A DNA stretch of 64,000 nucleotides from Octopus sinensis (Eukaryota). The position numbers and the translations under genes are program-made. The notes under the pieces were generated by a model, which worked only from the letters and a program-made list of their open reading frames with translations, had not been told where the DNA came from and did not search any database. How positions within the stretch are numbered: position 1 is the first letter of the stretch; each line of letters starts with the position of its first letter. The stretch lies in contig NC_043000.1 in NCBI RefSeq assembly GCF_006345805.1, positions 42,284,001 through 42,348,000 on the forward strand, read 5' to 3'. Shown in pieces: positions 1 through 10,970 of this stretch.

Positions 1-1549
1 TGTTGTAACTAACTTCTACAATCTCAGCAAGAACAAAAAAGTAAATAAATAAATAGATAGCTAAAAGGACCCAACAAACTTTTTTCTGTGAAATAGGGAT
101 AAGGAATATTGTAGTAGTAGTAGTAGTAGTTGTAGTAGTAGTAGTAGCAGCAGCAGTTGTAGTAATAGTAGCAGCGTGTGAGAATGCGACCTCGTTAGCT
201 CTTGCCCAACGTACGCAACAGCTAACAGACATCGAGTAGATATGAGGCAGAATACACAGAAGATAAACGCGGCTTTCACTTGTAAACACTTTCCATGATT
301 ATTCAACTTGCATATATTTGTGGCCTGGAATAAAGGCATTTAAAAGTTACAGCTTGGTTCTATAAATTCATTGTACAGTGTTCCTTTATCGAATGACGTA
401 TATTTCAGCCTTCTGAACGGAGTCATCATTAGATGGTTTCACCTCGTGAGACCACGGCCATCCATAATGGAGGCAGCTACCGCCGGGGGGGGGGGGGGTA
501 ACGGCCCCTACAAACCCATGACCTAATTTTCCAACACGAACATTTTCAAGATAGAGAGGGTGTGACTTTAGAAAGATTTGGTTCTTATTTCTTCCAGATC
601 GAACGGCTATGTTGAAGCTTACTCGTTATTAGCTTTTGCTCAAAGGTAAACATAAAAATATTCCTCCAGCAGTCGCCTACTGCCGAGAGGGATTTAAGCT
701 GGCCCCATGATCAACACCTCAGAATCTGTGCTATTTACTGTCAAGTAGCTCACCTCTCAGGTCACAAACATTTTTTTATCGCTTAGTCAATTGTCCATGA
801 TACATTATAAGGTATCCAAGATTGGTAAGAGTTGGGGTAGAAAATTATCCTCTAGCTTTAGATCTAGTTTCATTACTTTTAACAGAATGGATTCTGCTAA
901 GAGCATGCAATGCCACAGTGGGATTTAATCTCCGGATTTAAAGAGCAAGTTCCACTACCACAAAGCATCTCGTCCAACGCTGTAATGATTCTACCAATCT
1001 ACTGCCCTAGACGGGAATCCAAAATATATACCGCAAAGTATTTCGTCCGATTCTTTGATAAATCTGTCAATTCAGTTCACTGTAAATTCTAGCAGGTCAG
1101 CTTAGGTGGGTCGAAGAAGTTCGTAGCAACCAACGAGTTATAAGTTTTTCCACTCTTCTCCCTCAATGCTAAAAGTTTAGAATGGTGCTCATTTCTTTTT
1201 CAATGCCATTAAGCAAATATCATTGGGGGTAAATACATTTAAGTTAACTGCAATAGAAACCATTTTGGCTTACACGTTGCTGGTTTAAGAGGCTTTCTGT
1301 AATATTGTATAATTTTGCCGCATTTTCGGCAGGAGTCCCAATCCTTATTGCAAACCACTCAAGTCACATATTTTAATCATCAGGATATTATCAAACTGGT
1401 AGAATCAGTCAAACCATAGACGTTAAAGTGACAACTAAAATTACTCCAGATCACCGTAGAGTGCCAAAAGGCATAAATGTTAAGGACACCAAAAGTCAGT
1501 GCATCCTGAGCAAATGCATACAGGATTTTGAAATGGTAAATTAAATTAC

Positions 1550-1704
1550 CAGAACTAGAAGTTCGTCTTTGCCAAATTATTTCTACTGTGCGACCGTGCG
1601 CTAGTTTATCATCTGGAATATATCTATAAATGATTGTGCGCACTGTTGTTGAATAATCGTTGAAACCGGCTCTTTCTCTCTTGGCATGAAATCTTGAAAT
1701 GAAA
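1550..1704 (-). CDS. Candidate internal exon of an unidentified host gene (FISRFHAKRERAGFNDYSTTVRTIIYRYIPDDKLAHGRTVEIIWQRRTSSS)
   Basis: Non-repetitive open frame with a ttcag acceptor (exon starts 1704) and a G|GTAATT donor at 1550/1549. The other two frames contain stops. No protein family recognised. Confidence 0.4.
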
Positions 1705-1739
1705 CTGAATAGTGATATACATACATATAATACATACAT

Positions 1740-1794
1740 AAATACACACATACACACACACGCACGCACACACACACACACACACACACTTACA

Positions 1795-1840
<46 letters not shown>
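1740..1840. repeat. (CA)n microsatellite
   Basis: Direct reading. Confidence 0.95.
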
Positions 1841-1842
<2 letters not shown>

Positions 1843-2059
1843 GTAGTGCAATCCGAAAGGATTTTGATACAGGAAGTTAGTTAGCATCAAACTTGTGCAC
1901 ATGCTCAGTTTCGATTGATGCAAAATTAAACAGTAACAACTATAACAACAACAGCAGCAATAAATATATGTAAATTCCTCATGATATTTGTTCAAGCCTT
2001 TGCATCTTGAATTGAAATCCTACAAGGAGGATAGATTTACGCAGCCACCTGTTTAATAC

Positions 2060-2167
2060 CACTTCCTGGTTTTTGGGTGCCTTTTGCAGAAGAGTCCACT
2101 CTGTGTCAAGCGTTCGAATAATGCTCCAGTTTTGAGGATGTCTTCATTTATCCCTTCTTCTGGGTCT
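2060..2167 (-). CDS. Candidate exon (DPEEGINEDILKTGALFERLTQSGLFCKRHPKTRK)
   Basis: Strong cccttttcag acceptor and weak TG|GTATTA donor. 108 nt, phase 2-2, and splices in frame to the 1704 exon. Without that donor the frame stops two codons later. Confidence 0.4.
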
Positions 2168-2214
2168 CTGAAAAGGGTTCATGAAAACCGTCTCGTCTCC
2201 TTACTAAATCCTCA

Positions 2215-2650
2215 GGAGGATTACACCGATATCCCAGTGCTCAAGTGGTACTTTTTTTATCACCCCCCCCCCCCCCAAAAAAAATTGAAGGGCAATGTCA
2301 ACCTCGGCAGAATTTCAGCTCAGAAAGTAAAAACGGACCAAATGCCGTTAAGTATTTCGTCCGACGTTCAAACGATTCTGACAACACGCTGCCTTCCTTC
2401 TCTTAGATAAATGACTTCAAATTTTGGCGTAGGGTCAGTAGTTTCTGAGGGGAAGTAGAAGCCGATTACATCAACCCCCTAATACTTGACTGATGCTTAT
2501 TTCATCGACTCTGAAAGGGATGAAAGGCAAAGTCGACAGCGGCAGAATTTGTTGAACTCAGAACATAAAGACAGACGAAATGCCGTTAAGCATTTTGTCC
2601 GGCATGCCAACGATCCTGCCAGCCTGCTGTCTTCCTTCTCCGAAATATAT
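2215..2650 (-). mobile_element. Two degenerate copies of tRNA-derived SINE family B
   Basis: Match the better copies at 17359-17524 and 58915-59074 (gaaaggcaaagtcgac...gaatttgaactcag...gaaatgccgttaagcatt). Confidence 0.7.
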
Positions 2651-3383
2651 AGGGGAAAAAACGTAGACGTAAGATTTGTTAAAAATACCAAATCAAATCC
2701 ATTTGTACTGTTTCTTTCTTAGATAAGGAATAACTCTCTGGATAACCTAATCTTAGTTACACTGACTAAATACAGAACTGGATGACCTCGACTGAAATAT
2801 CTTTGATCGTAGGTCTATTGGACAAAGACTGACCTGAAGTTGAAATAAGAATAAATTGACAAGAACAACAATAACAAAACAAAACAACAAAAAAACTTAT
2901 TTCAACAAATGCTTGGCCCGTGATTATTCAACAGAAACGAATTAGATTTACAGAGAAAAGATTTTAGTCTTCAAAATCTTATTGCTTCAGCTGTTAAGAT
3001 GTCTACAAACATGCTTAATGACTTCGCTTCTGTTATTGTTTATATTTGTTTAAATTACCATTTAACAGCTCCACTTTGTCTAGTTCAGATTTCTTTATTT
3101 GTAGAAACAATTTTAATGACAAAAATAATAAAAATAGGCAAAAACAATGCATATAACTAAACATTATCTTTTTATCTATCTGTCATTTATTTATGGTATT
3201 CGTCTATTTATTTATATATTTATATATTTATATATTTATTAAGACTATTGTTTATACACACACACACGTGAACATACACGGTCGCAGACAAAGGAATGTG
3301 TATTTCAATATATATGTGCCATGTGTTGTATGTGTGCGTACGTGTTTGGATGTGTGTGAGCGTGAGAGAGAGGGAGAGAACGA

Positions 3384-3440
<57 letters not shown>

Positions 3441-4159
3441 CGAAGAGTGAGACGGCTAACTGATGAAACTGATAAAATTAACAGGTGAAGAACAACATAA
3501 GAAGCAAAAGCAGAAAATTAACATCAACAGCCACGAGGACAAGTAAACAACACCAATATTACTGACAGCAATAAATGATGTAAGACAAACTAAATCTCGG
3601 GAGAAAGAGAGGAAAAAAAGCAACAAAAACAAAAAATACAAGATAAGAAAACAAATGAAGTGACGCGATCGGAAGTGGAGATAAATATCTGTTCCAGTAC
3701 AAAATACGCCAGGGTCTCACAAATGTAATATAGTGAGTTGAAAAACTTCATATAACTGAGATTACGTATGCAATTAGTAGCCAAAACTCTATGTAGGGGA
3801 GTTTGTAACAAGAAATCAATCAGCAAGGGAGATAACTGAATTATAATCGTCAAATTGGAATTATCGGAAAACAGAGTAAAAATTGTATTAGGATAGGTCT
3901 GGTCATTGACACTAATAGACAGAAATTCGTTCAGAGGAGTTTACAAAAAAACAAAATAAAACAAAAAAAAAAAACAAGAAAAACAAGAAAGAAAGAAACA
4001 AGGGAGATAAATATAATTACGTAACTAATTATATCACAGTAGACCTGGTTTCTAAGACGACTTTTAAAAGTAATAAAAGAATTTGGGCTTCATTAGAACT
4101 GGGCAGCGAAGTATATCCTTTTCAGTAGATATAATTAAGAGTAATCAGTATGCATATAC

Positions 4160-4196
<37 letters not shown>

Positions 4197-4203
<7 letters not shown>

Positions 4204-4474
4204 ATCACGTGACCGACCAGACCATCAGATGTTGCTACACATCGCTGGTCACAATGCGTTCGCATTGTTTTAGCCTTCGAACGACGCCACCCCGCTGGCT
4301 AAGCGAGCAGGCCAACATAAGAAAGAGTGATGAAAGAGTACAGCAGGGATCACCACTCCCTGCCGGAGCTTCGTGGAGCTTTTAGGGCGTTTTCGCTCAA
4401 TAAACACACAATCGAAACCGCGATCCTTCGACCGCGAGTCCGCTGCCCTAACCACTGGGCCATTCCGCCTCCAC
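4197..4474 (-). mobile_element. tRNA-derived SINE family C
   Basis: Reverse complement of the 45207-45512 copy; A box (tggcccagtgg) and B box (ggtttcgatt) on the minus strand; ends in (TA)n. Confidence 0.85.
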
Positions 4475-4519
4475 ACACACACACACACACATACATACAT
4501 ATATATATATATACAGAAT

Positions 4520-4730
4520 GAGAAAATGGAGAAATATACCTAAATCAATCATCAACCATCAGATAATACCCATTCAGTACTTTATTAAACCATTACACAA
4601 CAGCAGTTATATTATACATAATATATTACAAATATAACAAGACATAGAAATAGAAGTAGAAAATACATTTATATTGTATCTGACAGCTGTTTCGGCCGTG
4701 AAGACAGGTATGTCCCATTTAACCTATTAG
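4520..4730 (-). mobile_element. Penelope-like terminal fragment with the 3' half of a hammerhead (GAAAC AGCT GUC)
   Basis: Minus strand reads ggccGAAACAGCTGTCagat with a palindromic helix III. The CUGANGA half is missing. Confidence 0.45.
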
Positions 4731-4741
4731 CTATATAAAGC

Positions 4742-4801
<60 letters not shown>

Positions 4802-4892
4802 TAGTTAATAAATCGTATCGAACACACCAGGTATTTTGCCGGTAAAGCACGTTTACTGGCTCAATGTTCATTGGGTATGTAAGTAATGAAAA

Positions 4893-5175
4893 AGACGGGT
4901 GGTGGAAGATGCGAAAATCTTTATTGGTCACTACAATCGTTTCGACCTATCTAGCACCAATCCCTCGCACATAGGATACTGCTTAATTGGTTTTAGATGT
5001 ATTCCTCAGTGCAGATGTATCCCCTTAGCTGATTTCAAGAGGTATCTCGATAAAATAGAGTTTATACACCTGAACCAGTGGTGCACTATCCAACCAATGA
5101 GGCATCGATGCTATATAGGTCGAAACAGTTGCAGTGATCAATAAAGATTCTCGTATCTTCCATCTTCCGTCACTC
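4893..5175. mobile_element. Inverted pair (~55 bp arms) of Penelope-like pLTR ends
   Basis: 4893-4950 is the imperfect reverse complement of 5115-5172; each arm carries gtcGAAAC..GYAgtgaycaataaag. Confidence 0.6.
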
Positions 5176-5199
5176 TCATTATATATATATATATATATA

Positions 5200-5410
5200 A
5201 TAGACAGGCAGAAAAAAGGAAAATGCCACTTGTATTTGAACATTATGCAAATATTCTTTTAAAAGAACTTTTCTTTTAATTTTTCCAAAATTTAATTATT
5301 TTCCATACTTACAGTTGAAAAAGTCTCAATGTCTGAAACCGGTACTAGAATGTTTTTTATAAAATTATTTTAGCATTTTCTATCTGGACTTTTTTTTCCA
5401 TATATATATA
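5200..5410 (+). mobile_element. Penelope-like pLTR family copy (same family as the 43117-44340 arms)
   Basis: Shares cagttgaaaaagtc...tctGAAACCGGTAc and flanking sequence with 44130-44340. Confidence 0.65.
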
Positions 5411-5474
5411 TATTTTTTTAAAATTGTAAGTATATGAAAGAATGGAGTTGAACGACTAGTTAACAAATATCCTT

Positions 5475-5560
5475 TATTCTCGACATATGTTTCGAAGGCT
5501 GCATATTCCTAATTCCGAAGGAATAATGAGTACATTATGCAGATTTCTCATCAGGAAAAT
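5475..5560 (-). ncRNA. Type I hammerhead ribozyme, canonical core, long helix II
   Basis: ttttc CUGAUGA gaa..cugcaua..uaugcag..uuc GAAAC AUAU GUC gagaa: helix I 5 bp, palindromic helix III, GUC cleavage triplet. Confidence 0.75.
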
Positions 5561-5699
5561 CAAGGAACTTATGTCGACATCAAAATGCACAAAAAACTTT
5601 TAGCTGACCGCTCTCTCTCTATATATATAAGGGTAAAAATATATATATATATAAGTGTAAAGATACCCTTCTGTTACGAATAGCCATGGGATTGTTCCT

Positions 5700-5972
5700 A
5701 GAAAGTTTCCCTGCAAGGCACAAGTCAGAGTAAGATTGTTTGCATATCAGTGTCCCCTCACTGTGCCACCGATGATGTCCAAAGGTAAGAGAAGGGCTGA
5801 TTCAGCTTGCCACCTGTGATATCGCAATTCATTTCTACAGCCGAGTGAACTGGAGCAACGGGAAATAAAGTGGTTTGCTCAAGAACACAACACACAGCCC
5901 GGTCCGGGAATCGAACTCACAAACTCACGATTCTATGCCGGACGCTCTAACCACTGAGCCATGCACCTTCAC
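5700..5972 (-). mobile_element. tRNA-derived CORE-like SINE family D
   Basis: Head tggctcagtggttagagcg...gagttcgattcc followed by ttcttgagcaaaccactttatttcccgttgctccagttcactc; copies at 27627, 31027 and 49126. Confidence 0.8.
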
Positions 5973-7572
5973 TGTAAGACGGACACTCTAACCACTGCCT
6001 TCACACATACGCGCGCCGCACGCGCGCACACACACACAGAGTATTAGAGGGTATGTTTGTCTGTATTTGCATATATACAATACTTTCACTCTTAACAAAG
6101 CACAAATACAATCCCTATGCGTATCGTTTGAACGTATTTACAATACGACGAGATTTCTCATGTATACTTCTCAAATGAAATATTTGGAAACTTTTAGTAA
6201 AATACTACGTATGTATTTTAACCTGAGAAGAAAGGTGATATATTTGATAATGCAATTCTAGATATACTTTCTGAACAGATGACATGTTAATCGTTGAAAC
6301 ATATTTAGTCATAGGTTTGCTTCTGACCTGTGGCTATGCAACAACAACAACAGTAGCATCAGCAGCATCAACAGCAGCAACAGCAACAACAATAACAACA
6401 GAATAGGCGAGAATTAGAAATAAAACAGCTATTCAATCTTGTAAGTAAAATTATAGGCAAATGAAGGAATCCCTGATTTATGAACTTATTTTACATTGAA
6501 AGTCAATATAGTGAACTTTGAATTTTGGCTCTTATGTGATAAATTAACCCTAATTAATGAGACATAAGTATCATTAGTAAACGCATTTTATTTCCAAAAT
6601 TATTTCCAATGTTAAAGTCGCATTACCATTACTTTTGCTAAATATTACCTATGCTGCTATTAATTAATTCAAATTCTTATCCCCTCGTAAATCTAGCTTT
6701 AAAAATACGCAATCTAACATGGAAGATTATTCCGTTCCTGTTCCCAAACCACTACTTTTCAGCATGATAGATTTTGATAGATCAGTTACCAATATTAGTA
6801 ATTCGGAAATAGGTAAAAGATTACAATCTAAAAACAAATTGTAGTAAATTATAATAAATCTGTATCGATTAAAAGTAATTCACTATTCTTTTCGTATTAG
6901 CATAGAAACTTATGACATAGAAGGACATAAGGTCTTCCTCGGTTTATTATCCCTATCTAAGTCTCTTCACATTAGGGATTACTATAATTATGACACAAAA
7001 ATTATCTTCTTAGAGATTATAATATTGTGTACCTTCATAATAATACTCCAGGTTCCTCAACATAGCTTGACTATTATTCACCAAAACTTAGCACCAACTT
7101 AGTCATAGAATTTTAATAAATATTTGTCTTTTAAATTTCGAACGAATAACTACAGACATAATTTACGTATGCAATGTGAAAATTAACAACCTGACCAAAA
7201 CATACGTTGGTTTCCACATTAAAAGTTCTATGTTGTTTCAATCAACGCACATAGTTTATCTGAAAGTAACAATCAGTTTCTACTTTCATATGAAATTGAA
7301 AAAATAAGAGCAAACCATACAAAAAAAAAAACGAAAAATTTTATTTAGGATTTCATCATAAGCTGGCAACAAAAGACTATGTAACCTTTGTGTAATTGAA
7401 AGCTATGAAAATCATTTTACGAAAGTTATTCATTGCTTAACATACCTCCAGAATGAACTGCCTCCTATCATTCTAAAATCGTTAAGACTTGTTGACTACC
7501 AATTGCTTACCCTAACTGGTAACATAATTATTAGACCCCAACTTTAACATATTTATATAGATCTATTCTTTC

Positions 7573-8085
7573 ATTCTTTTACTTCTTTCAGTCATTTGAT
7601 TGCGGCCAGGCTGGATCACTGGCCCGAAGGGCTTTAGTCGAATAAGTTGACTCCACGGCTTATTTTTTCAAAGCCTAGTACGTATTCTATCGGTTCTTTA
7701 GGCAGACCGCTAAGTTATGGAGACGTAAATAGACTAAAACCGGTTGTGATGCGAGGAAGAGGGACAAACACAAACACAAAGACACACACACACACACATA
7801 AAGCTGGCACTCCGTCGGTTACGACGACGAGGGTTCCAGTTGACCTGATCACTGAAAAAGCCAGCTCATAAAATTTACGCGTAAGTGGCTGAGTACTCCA
7901 CAGACACACACACACACTCTCTCTCTCTCACAAACACACACTTATTTTTATATATACGACGTGCTTCTTTCAGTTTCCGTCAACCAAACAAGGCTTTGGT
8001 CGGCTCAAGGCTATTGTAGAAGACATTTGCCCAAGGAACTATGTGGCTAGGAAGCAAGCTTCTTAGCACACAGCTACACATGCGC
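7573..8085 (-). mobile_element. SINE family A (tRNA head, CORE-like ttgggcaagtgtctt, internal microsatellite, gactgaaacaagtaaaag tail)
   Basis: Alignable by eye to the 19470-19885 copy. Confidence 0.8.
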
Positions 8086-8154
8086 TTAAATAAATCTTAA
8101 TCTATACCATTTGATATGCATCTTTCAACTTGACCACACACACACACACACAGA

Positions 8155-8440
8155 CGCTGGAGTGGCTCTGTGGTAAGACGCTTGCTTCCTAATCACATGG
8201 TTTTGGGTTCAGAACTACTGCATGGCACCTTGGGAAAGTGTTTTATTCTATAGCCTCGGGCCGACCAAAACTTTGTGAGTGGATTTGGTAGACGGAAACA
8301 GAAAGAAGCCTGTCGTATATGTATATATGCATATATGCGTATATGCTAATGTGTGCGTGTGTCTGTGTTAGTCCCCCACCATCGCTTGAAACCGATGTTG
8401 GTTTGTTTACGTCCCCGTAAACTAGTGATTCGGCAAAAGA
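8155..8440 (+). mobile_element. SINE family A, 3'-truncated where the hammerhead/Tx1 composite begins
   Basis: Follows the family consensus up to ttcggcaaaaga (8439), then unrelated sequence. Confidence 0.8.
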
Positions 8441-8488
8441 ATGGGTTTTGCCTGTCATCAGTCCAGGGTAGCGAGTCCCGCTAGCTGG

Positions 8489-10177
8489 AATTTTTATTAT
8501 AGGCACAATGGCCTGAATGAAGAGGGGACATAACAATACAATACAGGACGTGGGGTACATATAACAAAAATACAGAAAGGATGATATGAAATGAAATATT
8601 AACAATGAATTAAATGAAATGGCTTATGAGACCCCCAAAGCTCGCAGTTTCATTTACAATTACAGTTATACTATGTGGTGTTCGTCAGTAATGTAAACGA
8701 GTAATTCATCCTGCTCTATAACGCCGGGCAAACTGTCATATCGAACGTTGTGCGCAATGCACACAGCTGTATTTGAAAACAAATTTATTAATTTATTTAC
8801 CGTCTCTTTTTCCACTATTACAGCCTTTATTTGGTTAGCGTATATCCTCGGGTTCAATTTCACTCTCGTTAGATTTTTCATTATCGCTAATTTTTTCTCA
8901 ATTTCTTTATTTTTTGGTACAACATTACAGCTCTGAGATTTTTTCCTTTGGGTCTTCCTCCTTCCTTGCATGTTTTCAGACATTCTTCCACTTTTGTTGA
9001 CCACTTTTCCGCTTCCTCCAACGTTCGACTTTCACTCAATTCAGTTGTTTTATTTTTCCTTTCGTGTGTTCAATCCTCTGTCTCGACGGCAGACCTTTTG
9101 TTTTTTTTCTTTTTTTGGTCTTTGGGTGGTGATTCCGCCCGTGTTCGCTTTCTACCCTCTTTTTCTTCTGTTCTCTCCTTTTCTTTCTCCTTCTCTAGCT
9201 CGTCGCCACTTTCCATATTGTCTGTTGTCATGTTCTCTTCTTCCGCTTGTAGTTCTACATTCTCTCTTTCTAACTCCGCTGTCAAAGCTTTTATTCCTTC
9301 CTCCAGGGTTATCGTCTTCTCTGGTTGTTCTCTTTGCGGACACACATCCTTCATGTGCCCTCTGCTCTTACATTTATAACACACTGGAGGTCATCCCTCC
9401 ACCACGACTCTCAGTCGTGTCTCATCGGAGAACACCAACTCCTCCGGGATGTTGTACAAATCTGGCATGGTTATGTGGATTAGGGCTTCCACCGCATAAT
9501 CCCACCAGTTTATTTCATTTGACCTTTCCACTTTGAGTATGTCCACGTCCTCCTTGCAGTTGTAAATTATTGCAGCTACTATACTTTCGGTATCAAGTTC
9601 CGGTGGATTTTTGCTTATTCTCACCTTCGCCACTTTTCTACCGCAGTAAGTAGGTAGTAATACCCATTTATCTGATCTCAACGCTGTCGTTGCATTCCTT
9701 TTTGCTTCATCTTCATTTTCGAAGCGAACTTCCGCTGTTGTGTATTTTCTACCTCTATTGTAGAAGGTAGTTCTTCCTTTTATTTCTTGTAAACATTTTT
9801 CAATCTCTTCCTCTTCTGCCACTTCTATTTTTTTGAGACCACATTCCATGTTCTGTATGTTATGGTTTTCTTCTCTGCTTTTTTAAACTTCGTCTTCTGG
9901 TGTTGTAATCCTAAGACAGTCTCCTTCTTTTTGAAGCTGTCATAGTATTTCCTCAGATTTTCCTTCTCAATAATTACTTCTTTTAACTGTAATGCGTCAG
10001 CAGACAGACTTTTGCCTGCTGCTTTCGCATAAGTCTGGGCCTGCATAACCAACAGAGAATTCAACAATTATAACGTTCAACACAAAGCAACAGTTTTCAA
10101 CAACATTAATCAACAAAATTCAACTCACAGCCGCAAATCCGAAAAACCGATACAAATACTACCGCGCGATGTTACCA
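8489..10177 (-). mobile_element. L1/Tx1-clade non-LTR element carrying only a disrupted ORF1 (HAL1-like)
   Basis: ORF pieces 10067-9825, 9849-9391, 9384-9070 and 9004-8666. VVVEG*PPVCYKCKSRGHMKDVCP is a CCHC zinc knuckle preceded by an RRM-like region and followed by an acidic/basic tail. The 3' UTR tgtcccctc...AATAAAAA resembles the 3' end at 23050-23083. No endonuclease or RT recognised. Confidence 0.75.
9070..10067 (-). pseudogene. Gag-like ORF1 (RRM + CCHC) with one frameshift and an in-frame TGA at 9391-9393
   Basis: Translation; the TGA lies where EGRPP would be expected. Confidence 0.75.
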
Positions 10178-10533
10178 TCTAGAGTAGCAAGTCTCGCTAG
10201 CTGAGATGCCTGCCAAGCCTTTGCAAATATATATATTTACAGTGAAATCTATTCACTAGTCACCGCAATTAGAAATATTGAATTTCTAAATGTCTCAAAG
10301 AGACATGAGCGGTGGTGGAGCGATAGAGTGATTGTACAATGTCAACATAACGTGACAGTCCTCTAAAGGGGATTACACCACCGCTATATAGCTCTAAGAA
10401 GCATCGACGCTTCCTGTCGGCTTTGACACATTTCCAGTGTCCTTATATTTGCAAAGGTGAGGCAAGTACCCTCCACCAGCTAGGACTAGCAACCTGAAGA
10501 CATGCATTTTTCTGGGTTTTGCCCGTCATCAGT
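10178..10533 (-). mobile_element. ~356-nt structured hammerhead-containing repeat monomer (retrozyme or Penelope pLTR type)
   Basis: Starts aCUGAUGA c GGG caaaa CCC a GAAAaAUGCAU GUC uucagg. Its first 21 nt recur at 8442-8462 and its last 26 nt (10178-10203) recur at 8462-8487. Several internal hairpins. Confidence 0.7.
10476..10533 (-). ncRNA. Type I hammerhead core and 3' helix I strand (5' strand preserved at 8462-8488)
   Basis: CUGAUGA at 10532-10526, GAAA at 10512-10509, GUC ending at 10499. ccagctag..ggact..cctgga (8488-8462) pairs with ttcagg..agtcc.tagctgg (10498-10476). Confidence 0.7.
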
Positions 10534-10589
10534 ATATGTATATATATATATATATTATATATATATATATTATATATATATATATATAT

Positions 10590-10619
<30 letters not shown>

Positions 10620-10620
<1 letters not shown>

Positions 10621-10970
10621 GGGAGAGTTTACGAAAAAAACAAAAGACGAAGACAGGTGGTGTACAAAATAAAGAAATGTATTAGTATAACGCTCAGGAA
10701 TAGAAAAAAGTCTTTTACGTTTCGAGCCTACGCTCTTCTACAGAAAGGGACACAGAAAAAACAAGGAGAGAAAAAAAATGTGTGTAGTGGCTAACGATCT
10801 ATTATGGCGACTAGTACCGGACAGAAGGGTCAAACACAGGAAGGAAAGTAGGGGAGATAACAAAGTAAAGATGTCGCCCAACACAAAGGTGCGTGTGTGT
10901 ATAAGAGAGTATGTATGTGCGTGTGAAAGAGGGCTGGTGGCCTGGACGTGTGCGTGTATGTATGTGTAGG
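10620..10970 (-). mobile_element. Short hammerhead-bearing Penelope-like repeat, copy 1 (HHR at 10712-10747)
   Basis: cttt CUGUAGA a GAGC guag GCUC GAAAC GUA aaag; homologous copies at 45555-45900 and 56705-56975. Confidence 0.75.

Noticed and set aside
390-445. Hammerhead-like strings here and at ~11345-11385, 20685-20750, 30425-30480, 30815-30850, 33945-33975, 35740-35790 and 61690-61715
   Set aside because: Cores or stems are too degenerate to call; at best decayed Penelope ends.
8442-8462. TGATGA read as a snoRNA box C
   Set aside because: In the paired copy it is followed by a stem, GAAA and GUC with helix I complementarity, which fits a hammerhead; no box D or terminal stem found.
8748-9536. 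Plus-strand ORFs of 143 and 188 aa
   Set aside because: Antisense shadows of the purine-rich ORF1 on the minus strand.
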